Below, one piece after another: positions 1-13,639 of a stretch of 64,000 bases of DNA; position 1 is the first letter of the stretch, and each line of letters opens with the position of its first letter. This DNA is from Eledone cirrhosa (taxonomy: Eukaryota). The position numbers and the translations under genes are program-made. The stretch covers positions 282,968,001-283,032,000 of the forward strand of contig OZ024742.1 in the NCBI GenBank assembly GCA_964016885.1. Reading direction: 5' to 3'. The notes below the pieces were generated by a model. The model was given only the letters and a program-made list of their open reading frames with translations. It ran no database searches and was not told where the DNA came from.

Positions 1-97
1 AATAATAATAATAATAATAATAATAATAATTTGAAAAAGAAACACCTATAGTGAATAAACAAAAGCAACAACTATGACCCCCTACTATCCCAAACCA

Positions 98-970
98 TCA
101 ACACCACCATCCACCACATACAACACCAATACCACTATCATCCAACTCCACCAACAACATAAATGCCCAAACTACCACCCAACAATCCAATGACACCAGC
201 AACAACACTACCATCAACACTACCAACAACAACACCACCAACACAACTATAATCCCATGCAACCAACAACAGTACCATCCTGCACATCCAACAACTCTAC
301 TTACAACACCACTACCAACATTTCCACCACAACCATCCCCCTCAACCATCCACCACAAGTTTCCCCCTCAACACTCCACTACAACACTCCACCACAACTA
401 TCCACCACATCAAACATCAACATCATCCAGTATGTCCAACAACACCCCATCACCAACACTACCTTCCACCACATCAAACAACACCACTACCATCCAGTAT
501 CTCCAACAATGCCACTATCACCAACACAACCATCCACCACCACATCAAACAACACCACTATCATCCAGGATGTCCAACAATGCCACCATCACCAACACTA
601 CCTTCCACGACATCAAACAACACCATTACCATCCAGGATGTCCAACCACGCCACCATCACCAACACTACCATCCACCATATCAAACAACAACAATGCCAC
701 CAAAACTACCATCCACCACATCAAACAACCCCACTACCATCCACCATCCACCATCTACCACATTTAACAACACCATTAACACCACTACATTCCATAAAAT
801 CTAACAACACTACCAACAACACCTCAACCATCAACCTTAACGTTCGCTGTCCACCATGACCACCAACACCGCTGCCATCCATCACAACAACAACACTACC
901 ATCCAGCACATCCAACAAGAAACCCCACCATCACCACCACCTTCCACCCACGCCCACCACAACCAACAAC
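98..970. repeat. Degenerate CA-rich tandem repeat (CACCACATCAAACAACACCACTACCATCC-type units)
   Basis: Recurring units such as ccaccacatcaaacaacaccactaccatccag. The ORFs here are low-complexity translations. Confidence 0.8.
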
Positions 971-1474
971 CGTCATCTTAGTAATAAATTGACTTTCTGT
1001 AATTGCTGATTAGCAAAAGAGTCTGAGATTTAGTGGCAGCAGAAATTTAGTGAGCGGCAAACCTTACCGTTTTAAAGTACTGTGATTAACTTTTCATCTG
1101 ATCAGCCTCGTTAATTGGTAAATTAAAGTAGTGTTCTTAATTGGCTTTTAATTCTTTAATTTGCACATATAACGCATGCCCACACACATATACTCACACA
1201 TATAACGCATGCCCACACACATATACTCACACATATAACACATGCCCACATACACATATATAATGCATGCTCTCTCTCACACACATGTAATGTGCACATA
1301 TATATGTATACATGCCCTTTGTGTGAACACCTGTAGAAGCTATATATGCACACACATATGTGCATGCATACACACACACATATATATATATATGAAGAGA
1401 GAGAGAGAAATTCATATGCCCACATACTGAGAAATTTGTATACACGCATGAAGACATACACAAACACACATATA

Positions 1475-1510
<36 letters not shown>

Positions 1511-2154
1511 CATATGCATTATTCAAACAGGGATACATGCAAATGTGCATGTTTACAGTACACATATACACACACAAACACCACACACACACACACACAT
1601 GTATAATCATACATACACAAATATCCACACATAATTACACCTTCTCAAGCACACATACATACACGAACACGCATGCACTCATGTACACATAGTCATATCA
1701 ATTTAGTTTGAATTTCAATCCTGTTTTATTGGGTTTTAGTCAAAATTTTATTCCTAAGTCTGAAATTTTAATGGAAGCTATCAAATTTAATTAATGTCTT
1801 AAAATAACAATCTGATTTGTGGATTACTAAAAAGGTGGGGAGGGATCTTATTTTTATTTTTAGGGTTTTTGTTTTTTCTTTTTTCTTTTTTTTATAGAAT
1901 TTTGTTTCAATTTATTTTTCATTTTTCAAGTATTTAAAAACATTTTTTTGTGTGTTTTATTTAAAAATTTTTTAGTATTATATTTCATTTTGTTCTTTAA
2001 ACATTCTCTTTAACTCTTTTACTACGGCCACACTGGGGCATTGGCTTAAAACAATTGCAGTCAAACACATCAACCCCATTACATATTGTTATCTAGTCTG
2101 GTAGTAATCTTACTGATCTCTTTATTTTTGTTTTGTCAAATGGCTAAGCTGCAA

Positions 2155-2370
2155 TTCTAAGGAACAAATCGCTAGACAGATTTTACAGGGAAAGGCAATG
2201 AGTAGGAGACCCAGAGGTAGACCAGAAGCAAGATTGGTTGGATAACTTCCATTACCTCAGTTGGTCTCATTTCAAGATCCAGCTGGATCATTTTAGGAAA
2301 GTTTTGTAAGGCATGTCTGGGGTGTCTACCACCATGACCCTCTCACAAATAAGTGAGCAAAGAAAAAGGC
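2155..2370 (+). mobile_element. Decayed RTE-clade LINE 3' fragment
   Basis: aggagacccagaggtagacca translates to RRPRGRP, typical of RTE ORF C-termini. Shares ggataac...cctcagttggtctca with the minus-strand fragment at 58150-58400. Confidence 0.55.
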
Positions 2371-4273
2371 TAAGCTACTAGAAATAAAAACAGACAGAGG
2401 CACAAATGTAGACATGGACACACACATGTATGACAGGCTTCTACAGTTTCCATCTACCAAACTCTACTCCTGAGGTCAACCTGAGACTATAATAGAAGAC
2501 ACTTGCCTAAGATGCCTCCCAGAAAAACTGAATCCCAAACCCCATGGTTGCAAAGCAAACTCTTTAACCACACTGCGAACCATTATTCAAGATTTGTTTA
2601 GTTTGTTTTTTTTATATTTTTATGAGTTTTTTTATGTTGTATTTTCAAATTTTATAAATTTTATTTCTGATTAGAAAGGTGAGGAAAAAATAAGGCAAAT
2701 GTTGTAAATAAAAAAAATAGCTGTGGTTATTATTGCTATGGTTGTGGTTGTGGTTGTGGTTGTAGTTTAGATTTTTTGTCAGCTCTGAATCCATTAAACC
2801 TATAATCAAATGACATTCCAATTGTGACCATCAAATGTGGTACATCTAAAATATTCCTCGTCCACTCCCAAGATGGTGAGGCTGTTATCATCAGGCTCAT
2901 AGGATTGATTAAATATTTGGCTATTCAGCTATCAATAATTACTATCATTATAATGATAATTATCATTTGGAGCCATTAAATTGTCATTCAGCCTCATAGA
3001 AATAGCAGCTAAATTCCCCCTCAAACACATCCCTTACTGTCTTAAAATATACACATTTGAAAATGTAGTTTAATAAAAATAAGATTGGATGATGACTTCA
3101 GCTATCAACATCATTTGGAACCTTTAAATAGGCATTCAAACCCATTACTGTCTAAAAAAGTAATAGACACATTAGTTAATGTAATCTTTTCTTAGTGTGG
3201 TCAGAGCAAGCGTCAAAAACTAGGGTTTTCAGCTTGCAAAATGAAGTTATTTTGAGAGAACTGGTCGGTGATGGCGCACATTGTAAGGCTTGTCTAGGGC
3301 ACTAAATACACAAGCACTAGCCCTACCTAAAACAAAAAAGAAGCTTTTTGTCATTTGCTTTTGCATGAAAAATGGCGTTAAAATGCTTGTTGTTATATGG
3401 TACAAAGCAGGAACATTAGTGTGTAACTGTACAAAGAAGGAACATTAGTGTGTAACTGTGCAAAGAAGGAACTATAAAGCAACACTAGGTAAACATAGGG
3501 TTATTATATTATGCTGATACCATGATAAAATTCACCCAGTACACAATGTAAAGTATTAGTGTTGGCATCACGATAAAATGCACCCAGTTCACTCTGTAAT
3601 GCAGTAATGGTACCCAGTAAAAAATCATACCCAGTAAAACCTGTAAAGTGTTTCCTGTTAGGAAGAGCATCATGCGAAATATGAAATGTATGAGCAAGCT
3701 GAGATCATTCCAACCAATATTTTCTCTGTCTATAACAACCTGTCCAACCCATATCAGTGCAGAAAGTGAACATAAAATGATGATGATGATGTGTCTCACA
3801 GAATTTACTTCAATGTCATGCTATAGATAAGACTTCCTGCAATAGTATCTGTCAAGTCTCACAGCTGTTGGCGATTGAAAGCAAAAGGATACTTAATTCT
3901 TTAGCAATGATAAAATATAGACTTACACTTTAGAATGTTTATCTGTGTGATAACAACACAGCAGGTTCAGTAGTTGCCTGTGATGCAATGGTGTTGTTAA
4001 TACAAGAGGGTCGAAGTGCAAGGTCTCTCTTGCTGGTTTTATTGTCAAAGTTCTGTATGTATGTGTACATACACTATATAGGTGAGGAAGGGGGAGAAAC
4101 CAAGAATCACAGTGAATAAAATTGCTTACCATTAATTGAATGTAATAAATCAAGTTAAAAACAAGACAAAGCAAAAACAAACATTTCCAATCATCAACTA
4201 CCCATTCAAGACATTAGTTGGTTTTTCACATATGACTATGGGTATGCAGTGTATGTGTGTGTGTGCATATGTA

Positions 4274-4316
<43 letters not shown>

Positions 4317-4321
<5 letters not shown>

Positions 4322-4474
4322 TAAATTAGCGAGAATCGTATTTCGGCTTTGGAAATTAGCGAAAAACAACTTCCGAGATGTGTGGCAAGCACTCAATAAT
4401 TATAACGAACCAGAGCTACAACATACATTAAAAGGCCAAACACACTGAGACGATGGTTAAACCACCCATAGAAA

Positions 4475-4478
<4 letters not shown>
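4317..4478 (+). mobile_element. (TA)n-embedded repeat family with GCACTCA motif (probable Penelope-like element end)
   Basis: aaattagcgagaatcg...caagcactcaataat...ggccaaacacactg lies between (TA)n tracts. Homologous to 40625-40790 (+) and 18232-18376 (-). Confidence 0.6.
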
Positions 4479-4510
<32 letters not shown>

Positions 4511-4670
4511 CCAAAGGGGTTTTTGCAAAGGAAAATGTTCATATAGAAGAACAATGTACAGCATCTAAAGACCTCATCAGCTGCCCAACTGGAATAGATC
4601 TGCAGGATTTCATACCATTATATACATGATTCACACACATACATACTCTCTCTCTCCCTCCCTCTCTCTC

Positions 4671-4745
<75 letters not shown>

Positions 4746-5307
4746 CTCTCTCACTCTCTGTCTCTCTCTCTCTCTCATCAAAGATTGAAGGTAAAGATAC
4801 TATGACTATATCACCAGTGAAGTTCAGGCAGTGTGCTTTGGCTTCAATGACAATATTATTCCCAAAAGACATGACCATCATTATCACCATTACTGTCATA
4901 ATCATTAACATCAGTAAAACCAGCACTCTCACCAGCCAGTACACTTTGAAGAGTGGTTGGCATCAAGAAGGACATCTAATACATACTGAATTGGAGGAAT
5001 GTATAAGCAATATATGTTCCTCTGGTCTGTCTACTTTCAAACTGTGACATTGGAAACCTATTTAAAATGGTGGTGATGAGGATGGGTGCTATTCCACTCT
5101 TGCATACCTACACACAGAAATATATGCATGTATGTATGTATATATATATGTATGTATTGTGTATGTGTGTGTATGTGTGTATCCATTCATCTTTCTGTCT
5201 ACATAGCTGTTGCTTTCTCCATATGTGTGTGTGTAATATATATATATATATATCATCCATTTTTCTGTCTATATATCTATTGCTTTCTCCATATGTGTGT
5301 GTATGTG

Positions 5308-5368
<61 letters not shown>

Positions 5369-6214
5369 GGAGAAAGCAATATATATATATATATAATACC
5401 TACCTATCTATCTATCATATCCCAGGTGAAATGAAGCAATAGCTGAATAGCTAAACATTCCAGACACCTCCATGACCACCACCACCATACTACTATAAAG
5501 CCTTCCTCTCCCCCTCCCCCCATCTCTCTCCTCATCAAGTACCACTTACTGTCATCTATCTATTTCCCCTACTTCCCTTCAGATTTCACCATGCTTGTCC
5601 AATTTTCCACCCCAATGCACATCACACTTGACTTATACATTCTCACTCAGCACCTTCTCTTACACATTAAATTCTATTTCACCCCCTGACCACAAATGCT
5701 AACACTTCCCTCTTATCCTCCCCCTTCTTTTCTACACCCCCTCTCCACCCCACCTTAATATTTGAGAATTAAATTAGAATTTTAAATAGCAATTTCTTTT
5801 TTTCAAATTTATGTGAAAACATTTAAAATATCTGCACTGTTGTTGTTTAACCCTGGGTCAGCCTTGGTTGAGCTCATCTATTTTCCAGTTGACTGGAGCA
5901 GTAACCACATAAGTCAATGAGAAATCCCCTGTGTGGTTGGTAGAACCCATTAGAAATAGCAGCCCCTCAGTCTCTCTCAATTCACATTCTATATGTTATT
6001 TTGTTTTTGATTTTTAAGGGCACATTGGATGGACCATATAGACAGGATTATTTTTATCACAATCATCATCCTCTTTGTGATTGCCATCATCATCATCATC
6101 ATCATCAGTATTGTCATCACCACTGACAACACTAATAACACCACCGCCACCAACACTAATAACACCACCATCATCATCACCACCACCACCACCAATAATA
6201 ATAGTTTCAGGTTT

Positions 6215-6360
6215 AACCACAAGGCCAACAATTTTCAGGTGGAGGGTAAAGTCGATTAAATTGACCCCAGTGCATTACTGGTGCTTAATTTTATCGACCC
6301 CCCCCCCCCCCCGTGATGATGAAAGGTAAAGCTAATCTCGGTGGTATTTGAACTCAGAAC
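6215..6360 (-). mobile_element. tRNA-derived SINE family A, partial
   Basis: Reverse complement of the family A body (cacaaggcc...ttttatcgacccc...tttgaactcag). Confidence 0.75.
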
Positions 6361-6675
6361 TTAACCACCACCATCACCACCGCCAATAGCACCACCACCA
6401 CTACCATCACCAATAACACCATCATCACCATCACCATCACCACCACCAATAAAACCACAACCACCACCACCAATAACACCATTAACCACCACCATCACCA
6501 CCACCAATAACACCACCACCACTACCATCACCAATAACACCATCATCACCATCACCATCACCACCACCAATAAAACCACAACCACCACCACCACCACCAA
6601 TAACACCATTAACCACCACCATCACCACCACCAATAACACCACCACCACCACCACCACCACCACCACCATCATCG
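6361..6675. repeat. (CAC)/(CAT)-rich repeat with an internal duplication of about 120 bp
   Basis: The ttaaccaccaccatcacc unit recurs at 6361, about 6482 and about 6609. Confidence 0.8.
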
Positions 6676-6869
6676 CCATCATCTTCTTTGCCTTAAGTGA
6701 TCCCATTCCACAGCCCCTATGATTGCTAATCCAATTTATTATCAACCTGTCCAGGAAGTCAACAATACCTCGCAACTAATTCCATTCAACATAGAGTGTC
6801 TGTGTGTGGTGGAGGTGGAGGTGGAGGTAAGCGTGGTGTGGGGTGTTTTGTCACCATTATTTTTGAGAA

Positions 6870-7250
6870 GGGCTGTGGTTTGGCAGTATCGGTAGAGCGT
6901 CAGACACCATGTTTTGCAGCATAGTTATGGCCCTTTGTGTTCTGAGTTCAAATCCGCCGAGGTTAACTTTGCCTTTCATCCTTACGAGGTTGATAAAATA
7001 AAGTACCAGTAATGCACTGGGTTAATCGCTGGCCTTGTGCCAAAAGTAGAAACTCTAAAGGGCGGTGGATTGGCAGTATCGGTAGAGCGTCGGACGCCAT
7101 GCTTTGCAGCATAGAGTTACGTCCCTTTACAGTTTGAGTTCAAATCCCGCCGAGGTTAACTTTGCCTTTCATCCTTACGGGGTCGATAAAATAAAGTACC
7201 AGTAATGCACTGGGTAATTGCTGGCCTTGTGCCTGAAGTAGAAACAATTA
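6870..7250 (+). mobile_element. Two tandem SINE family A copies
   Basis: A-box-like TGGCAGTATCGG, B-box GAGTTCAAATCC, central GCCTTTCATCCTTACGGGGTCGATAAAATAAAGTACCAG (resembles the Meta-type SINE domain) and 3' ggccttgtgcc...tagaaac. Confidence 0.85.
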
Positions 7251-7485
7251 TTTTTTGAGAAGTAAATACTACAGCTTACTAAATGTATATGTGCATGTGT
7301 ATTTATATATACACATACATAAAAACAAATAGGCATGCACATATATATACATTCATACATGTGTGTGTGTGTGTATATATATGTATATTGGTATATATAT
7401 GTATATGTTGATATATGTGTATGTATATATATATATTTATATGTATATATATGTGTGTATATGTATGTATATATGTATATATATA

Positions 7486-7538
<53 letters not shown>

Positions 7539-8487
7539 GCACACATTATCAGGGTGAAGGAGATGGTCATAAAGTTGCTGGAACTTTTGTGTGGGTTTGG
7601 GTGTGGGTTAATCAGGAGGTGAAAGTAGTGAATTAGACTATACCTTGCAATGGGGCTGCCCCCCACCTGGAAATAAAGAAACGTTTTTTTAGGAAATAGT
7701 GTGAGATAAGATCTAGACTAATGACAAAATGCCCTCCCCTGTCTAACCTCACCAACCCCTATTAAAATTAGAATCTCTTTAATGGAGGAGTGGTCATATT
7801 TTAGTGTTGATGGTAAGTGCTCTGTCATTGGGGCTTGAATCAGAAATTTATTTTACTAAGTAAGTTAGTAATTGTAGTTAGTATTCTTATTCCATGAAGA
7901 GGTTGAGTATCTAAAACGGCTGTAGAAATCTGGGCTATGTATACTCTCTCTTTAGTTTGTCCTTGAAGAAGGACCAACTGCTCAAAATATAAAATTTATC
8001 TTTCTTCACAACAAAACAGCTTACTGTAATACTCTCCTCTTTTACTGGTTTCAGTTATTAGGCTCTGCCTTGCTTGAAGGGATAAGTGCCTGGTACTTAT
8101 TTCAAAGGTTTCTCTTTTGTTAAACTACTAAATTACAGAACATATGCATCAGTTGTAAGCTGCCGGAACAATGCATCCTTTAAAACCTCCATGCTTTCTG
8201 AAATTTGCCAACACTACACCTGATATTCCCCCTCTACACACACCTACACATGTATATCGTGACTCATACATTGTTCACTTTCCTGACATTTGTACATTAT
8301 TCTTTGTACTATACATGTACCTTTGATGAGTTGTAGTGCACCTGAGCACTGTCCAGAATAATTTCATTATTATTATTACTGTAATGTTTTTTTTTTATGT
8401 TAGCCCTTGTGGCCAATAAAGAAACCACCATTATTACTATTATTATTATTATTATTATGTACAGTAAATATAAAAGCCAACACCAGA

Positions 8488-8526
<39 letters not shown>

Positions 8527-8539
8527 ACACACACACAGA

Positions 8540-8598
<59 letters not shown>

Positions 8599-9341
8599 TT
8601 CAAAAATTGAGTAAGACCAAGGAATAATATTATTGTTGTTTATTTATACATCTACATACATTTCAACGTGACTAGAATATTTCATCAACTGTGAAAACTG
8701 AGAACAAACTAAAATTATCCGTTAAGTAACTCCATTATACGTGTTTTGGCTTCCATACAGGTTCTGTGTACCAAATTTCACTCATTAGCCATTGGTCAGA
8801 CTGAGAGCTATTGTAGAAACTTTTATCAAGATGGTAGTACACAATGAGAGTGAACAGAAAATCTCATCTTTACCAACTAAACCTTTTACACACAGTCATG
8901 CCTGTTTAATTCTTGTCCCTTTTTTTTTTTCTTTTTGCTTTCATATGTTAAATTGTTGTTTTGGTATGATAAATTGTTTTGTTGATATTATTTTAGTATG
9001 TAAATTTTTGTTGTTGTTTACTGTGATAAACCTTTTATTGTTTAGTGTGATAAGGTTTTGTTGATATTGATGTGATTTTCTGTATTATGATAAATTGTTA
9101 TCGTTGTGGTAGTTGTTATGGTTGTTGTTATCTTAGCATCGTGTATTGTTATTGTTGTCATACTAGTTGTTGTTGTTGTTTTAGTATGATGAATTATAGT
9201 CCTTATTTTTCATTTTGAAGGGGATCTTTTTTCTGCCTTTTTTTTTTTTTTTTTGTGAAGCTTACCTATATTCAGAGACATACACACTGCCATTACATAT
9301 ATATATAATGTATGTATGTGTATATATATATATAATGTATG

Positions 9342-9382
<41 letters not shown>

Positions 9383-9411
9383 TGTATGTGTGTGTATGTA
9401 TTTATATATAT

Positions 9412-9549
9412 AACAAATTTAATATAGAAATGGTTTCTACAAGACTAGAACTGTTTCATTCGAAGGAAATCATCAAGGGTTTTCCTGATGATTTTCTTCA
9501 AATGAAACAGTTCTAGTCTTGTAGAAGCTATTTCTATATTAAATTTGTT
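9412..9549. mobile_element. Short palindromic element with decayed HHR-like core, next to (TA)n
   Basis: Inverted arms of about 65 bp. The right arm reads CTGATGA-TTTTCTTCAAAT-GAAA-CAGTTCTAG-TC. Confidence 0.6.
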
Positions 9550-9868
9550 GCATACACTCTACTAATGTATTCGGTACCTTACTTACTGTGATTACCCCTA
9601 ATTGAACCTGGGACTCACACACACGCGCACACATATATATATATATGTATATATATATACAAATATATTACACAGAGAGAAGTGTGTTACACAGTGAGAT
9701 GTGTGTAAGGAATTATTACATGTGAGTTTAACCATTACTATATGGAGAACAATACCTACAGGTTAGCAATTAAATAGAAAAAAACTAAGTCACAATCAAA
9801 TCTCTGAAGTAGAGTTTTAAATTACCAACCTTATAACTATTGGTCTCTCTCTCTTTTTCTCTCATATT

Positions 9869-9901
<33 letters not shown>

Positions 9902-10384
9902 AAGAGAGAGAGACCAATAGCCTTGTAATATAGTATTTCCTTTATGACAGTGTTTGTACCTGTTATTTTGAACAGAGCCATACCCACATAACTCAAAATG
10001 CTGCAATCTACTCTCAGGTCCCAAATAATTGGGGGTGGGGGAATTTCTGTTGATTTTTTTTTAAAAACCAGAATTAGTCGTTTAGTTTACATATTGAGAC
10101 CCTAACCCATCCTATTTATTTTATAAAGTATGGGATTTCTAGTAATGTACTTTATTTTTGTCATGTATAATGTTTTTTTAATGTATAAAGAAAATTGACT
10201 GTTGCAGGAATGCTAGCACTTAAAATAAGATTTTGCCAGAGGTAGATTACCAAAATTTAATAAGCGAGATTGGGGTGGAATAATAGTGAGGGTGGGGTGG
10301 GAAAAATCTGAAAATTAATAAGCAGGGTGGGGTTAATTATTTAGAGACCCAAGAAATTCCATACTTTTTGACTAATAATAGTTT

Positions 10385-10685
10385 CTAGGCACAAATTCAA
10401 CAATTTTAGGAGCGGGGGAAGTCGGTTAAATGGACCACTGTGTGTTACTGGTACTTTATTTCATTGACCCTGGCAGAATTTGAACTCAGAACGTAAAGGG
10501 CCATAACTCTATGCTGCAAAAACTAATAATTGTTTCTACTTTTGGCACAAGGCCAGCAATTATCCCAGTGCATTACTGGTGCTTTATTTTATCGCTCCCG
10601 TAAGGATGACAGGCAACGTTAACCTCGGCGGGATTTGAACTCAGACCGTATAGGGACGTAACCCTATGCTGCAAATCATGGCACC
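10385..10685 (-). mobile_element. Two SINE family A copies
   Basis: Reverse complement of the family A body and B box (gatttgaactcag). Confidence 0.75.
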
Positions 10686-11941
10686 ACTCCCAGGGCTGAT
10701 ATCATCCTGCAAACATGTGTTTTCTATATCAGTATTAGCTCTGTATTAAAACATTCACATCATATAGGCCTTCATAGACACCTTTATTATACTATCATCA
10801 TTAATGTCTGTTTTCCCTATATACATATATATATATATATGTGTGTGTGGTTGTGTGTGTATATATATATATATAGATATATATATATAAATTTGATATA
10901 TATATATATATATATATAAATTTGAAGTGAGAATAAGGAGTGTGGCTAAGCTATAGCACATTTGGATTTAGTTAATAAGAATGGTGTAGAAGAGGGTATG
11001 ATCAAGAGGTTATATGAACTAGATATGATTTCACAGTTAACTAACCATAATGAGAAAATGTTTGCAAGGTATATTTGTTGACACTTGACCTCAGAAATAG
11101 TTTGTGTGGTAGGGGTGATTGGGAGGTTGTGGTGATGTTCAACATTTTGGGGAACTAACTATGTAACTGACTTTTGTGAAATGTTCTTGTGTTGGCTTGA
11201 AAAATCAAGGTTTGTGGTGGTGAAAGTGGTGCTGTGTTAAAGGTTGTATGTATCCACTCTGTGTGGGTTTGTGTGTGTATGTGTACATAGCTGTGCATGT
11301 TTGTATGTAGGCACACGTATATATGGGTATGTGTGGTGAATTGACTGGGGGGCCAGAGTCAAAAATTCTCTCTCTCTCTCTCTCTTCACCTCTCTCTATT
11401 CATACATTTATCTGTATTTATCCACCTATCTATCACTTTCTTTCTCCTTTCTCTCTGTCTCTCTCCTTTCCCTTCCCTTCTGTCTCTCTCTCTCTCTCTT
11501 CCTCTCTCCCTCTCCCCCCTCTCTTGGTGTGTGTGTGTATATATATGTATATATATATATATACACACACACACCCATCTATCTATTTCTAAATATCTTT
11601 AACCAGCTATCCATCTATCTACCCATCTTTACATCTCTCTCTCTCTGTCTATCTGCCTCTAATTAAACAAGAATGGGGGCTCATTGACCTCTCCCCCCAC
11701 CCCTCTCTCTCCCTCTTCTCTCCCCAGAAAAGGAAGTTGATGTCAAAGACAGTAATTTTTGTTTTGTATTTTGTTGTTTCTGTTTAGTTGAAAGTTTTCC
11801 TTGGGATAATAATATCAATAATAATAAAAATAATAATAAAAAGCTTGTCAGAAATCACCTAACTAGAGCCTGTTCCTTTCCCTTAATATATATAAGCATA
11901 TATATATATATATTAGCATATATATATATATATATATATAA

Positions 11942-11990
<49 letters not shown>

Positions 11991-12057
11991 CATATATATA
12001 TATATATAAGCATATATATGTATATATATATAAGCATATATATATATATATATATAA

Positions 12058-12096
<39 letters not shown>

Positions 12097-12097
<1 letters not shown>

Positions 12098-12225
12098 CTG
12101 TAGAAAACCTGCCAGACAGTCCTATGCGAGCAAGACAATCACTCTTGCCTCAAGTGGGACTACCCCCGTCCAAACCCATGCAAGCGTGGAACACGGACGT
12201 TAAACGTTGATGATGATGATGATGA
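12097..12225 (+). mobile_element. SINE/LINE 3' tail (family B / RTE-like) with (GAT)n end
   Basis: ctgtagaaa...gtccaaacccatgcaagcgtggaacacggacgttaaacg(atg)n. Near-identical to 45535-45660 and, inverted, to 60775-60890. Confidence 0.8.
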
Positions 12226-12274
12226 TAAGCATATATATATATATATTAGCATATATATATATATATATATATAA

Positions 12275-12317
<43 letters not shown>

Positions 12318-12382
12318 CATATATATATATATAAGCATATATATGTATATATATATAAGCATATATATATATATATATATAA

Positions 12383-12419
<37 letters not shown>

Positions 12420-12446
12420 CATATATATATATATATATATATATAA

Positions 12447-12529
<83 letters not shown>

Positions 12530-13052
12530 TATACATACATATACATACATATATACACACATATACATACATATACATACATATACATACATATACATAC
12601 ATATACACACACATATACATACATATACATACATATACACACACATATACATACATATACACACACAAGACTGATGGGTCTGGATCTACAAGCTACTTTG
12701 ATTAACAGCAGAAGAGACAAGAGTGTGGTTTCTGGGTTAATAAGCAAGGCCTTCTGTAGTTGTGTGTGTTAGAATGTTCTAGAACAGGGTCTTCTGTAGT
12801 TGTATTAGTGTGTGGTAGAATGTCTTCAAGAATGTTGCTGATGATTAGAGCCATTATAGCTACACATTATTCTAAATTGCTATTTAGAATAACATGAGGC
12901 ATTCACACAATATTACACAAACATATACACATATATTGGTATATATGTATGTGTGGGTGTATATATATATATATATATACACGTGTGTGTGTATACATAT
13001 ATATTTCCGAACATACACACATATCAAAACACACATACATACATACATACAT

Positions 13053-13143
<91 letters not shown>

Positions 13144-13639
13144 AAGAATATATACTATTTTTCAGCACAAACCATGAAAGTGTTAGTTCTAAAAACTAGA
13201 GCCATGTATTAACATACATACATGCACAAAAATTTGTGAAATTATAAAACCGGAAGAACATACATACACACATGCACACATACATACATACACACATGCA
13301 CACATACATACATACATACATACATACATACACACACACATACACACATACACACATACATACATACATGCACACATACATACATGCACACATACATACA
13401 TACATACATATATACATGCACACATACATATATAGATGCATGCATACATACACACTTATATATACTAACATTTTATACAGAAATACAAAGGAAAATAGAC
13501 ATGTATGTATACAGACACATTAAAATATGCCAAATGCCATAATATATACACACACAGCATTGGAGCACTCACATGTACAGTTATGTGTGTATATATACAT
13601 ACATACACACTTCACCTAAGCACCTTACTCATATACACA

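Noticed and set aside
257-859. 200-aa Thr/His-rich ORF
   Set aside because: Low-complexity CA-rich repeat with several frames open and no gene signals.
4505-4620. Minus-strand CUGAUGA-GGUC next to (TA)n as a hammerhead (also isolated CTGATGA/TCATCAG at about 2888, 27243, 50226, 59462)
   Set aside because: No correctly placed GAAA, cleavage triplet or stem I.
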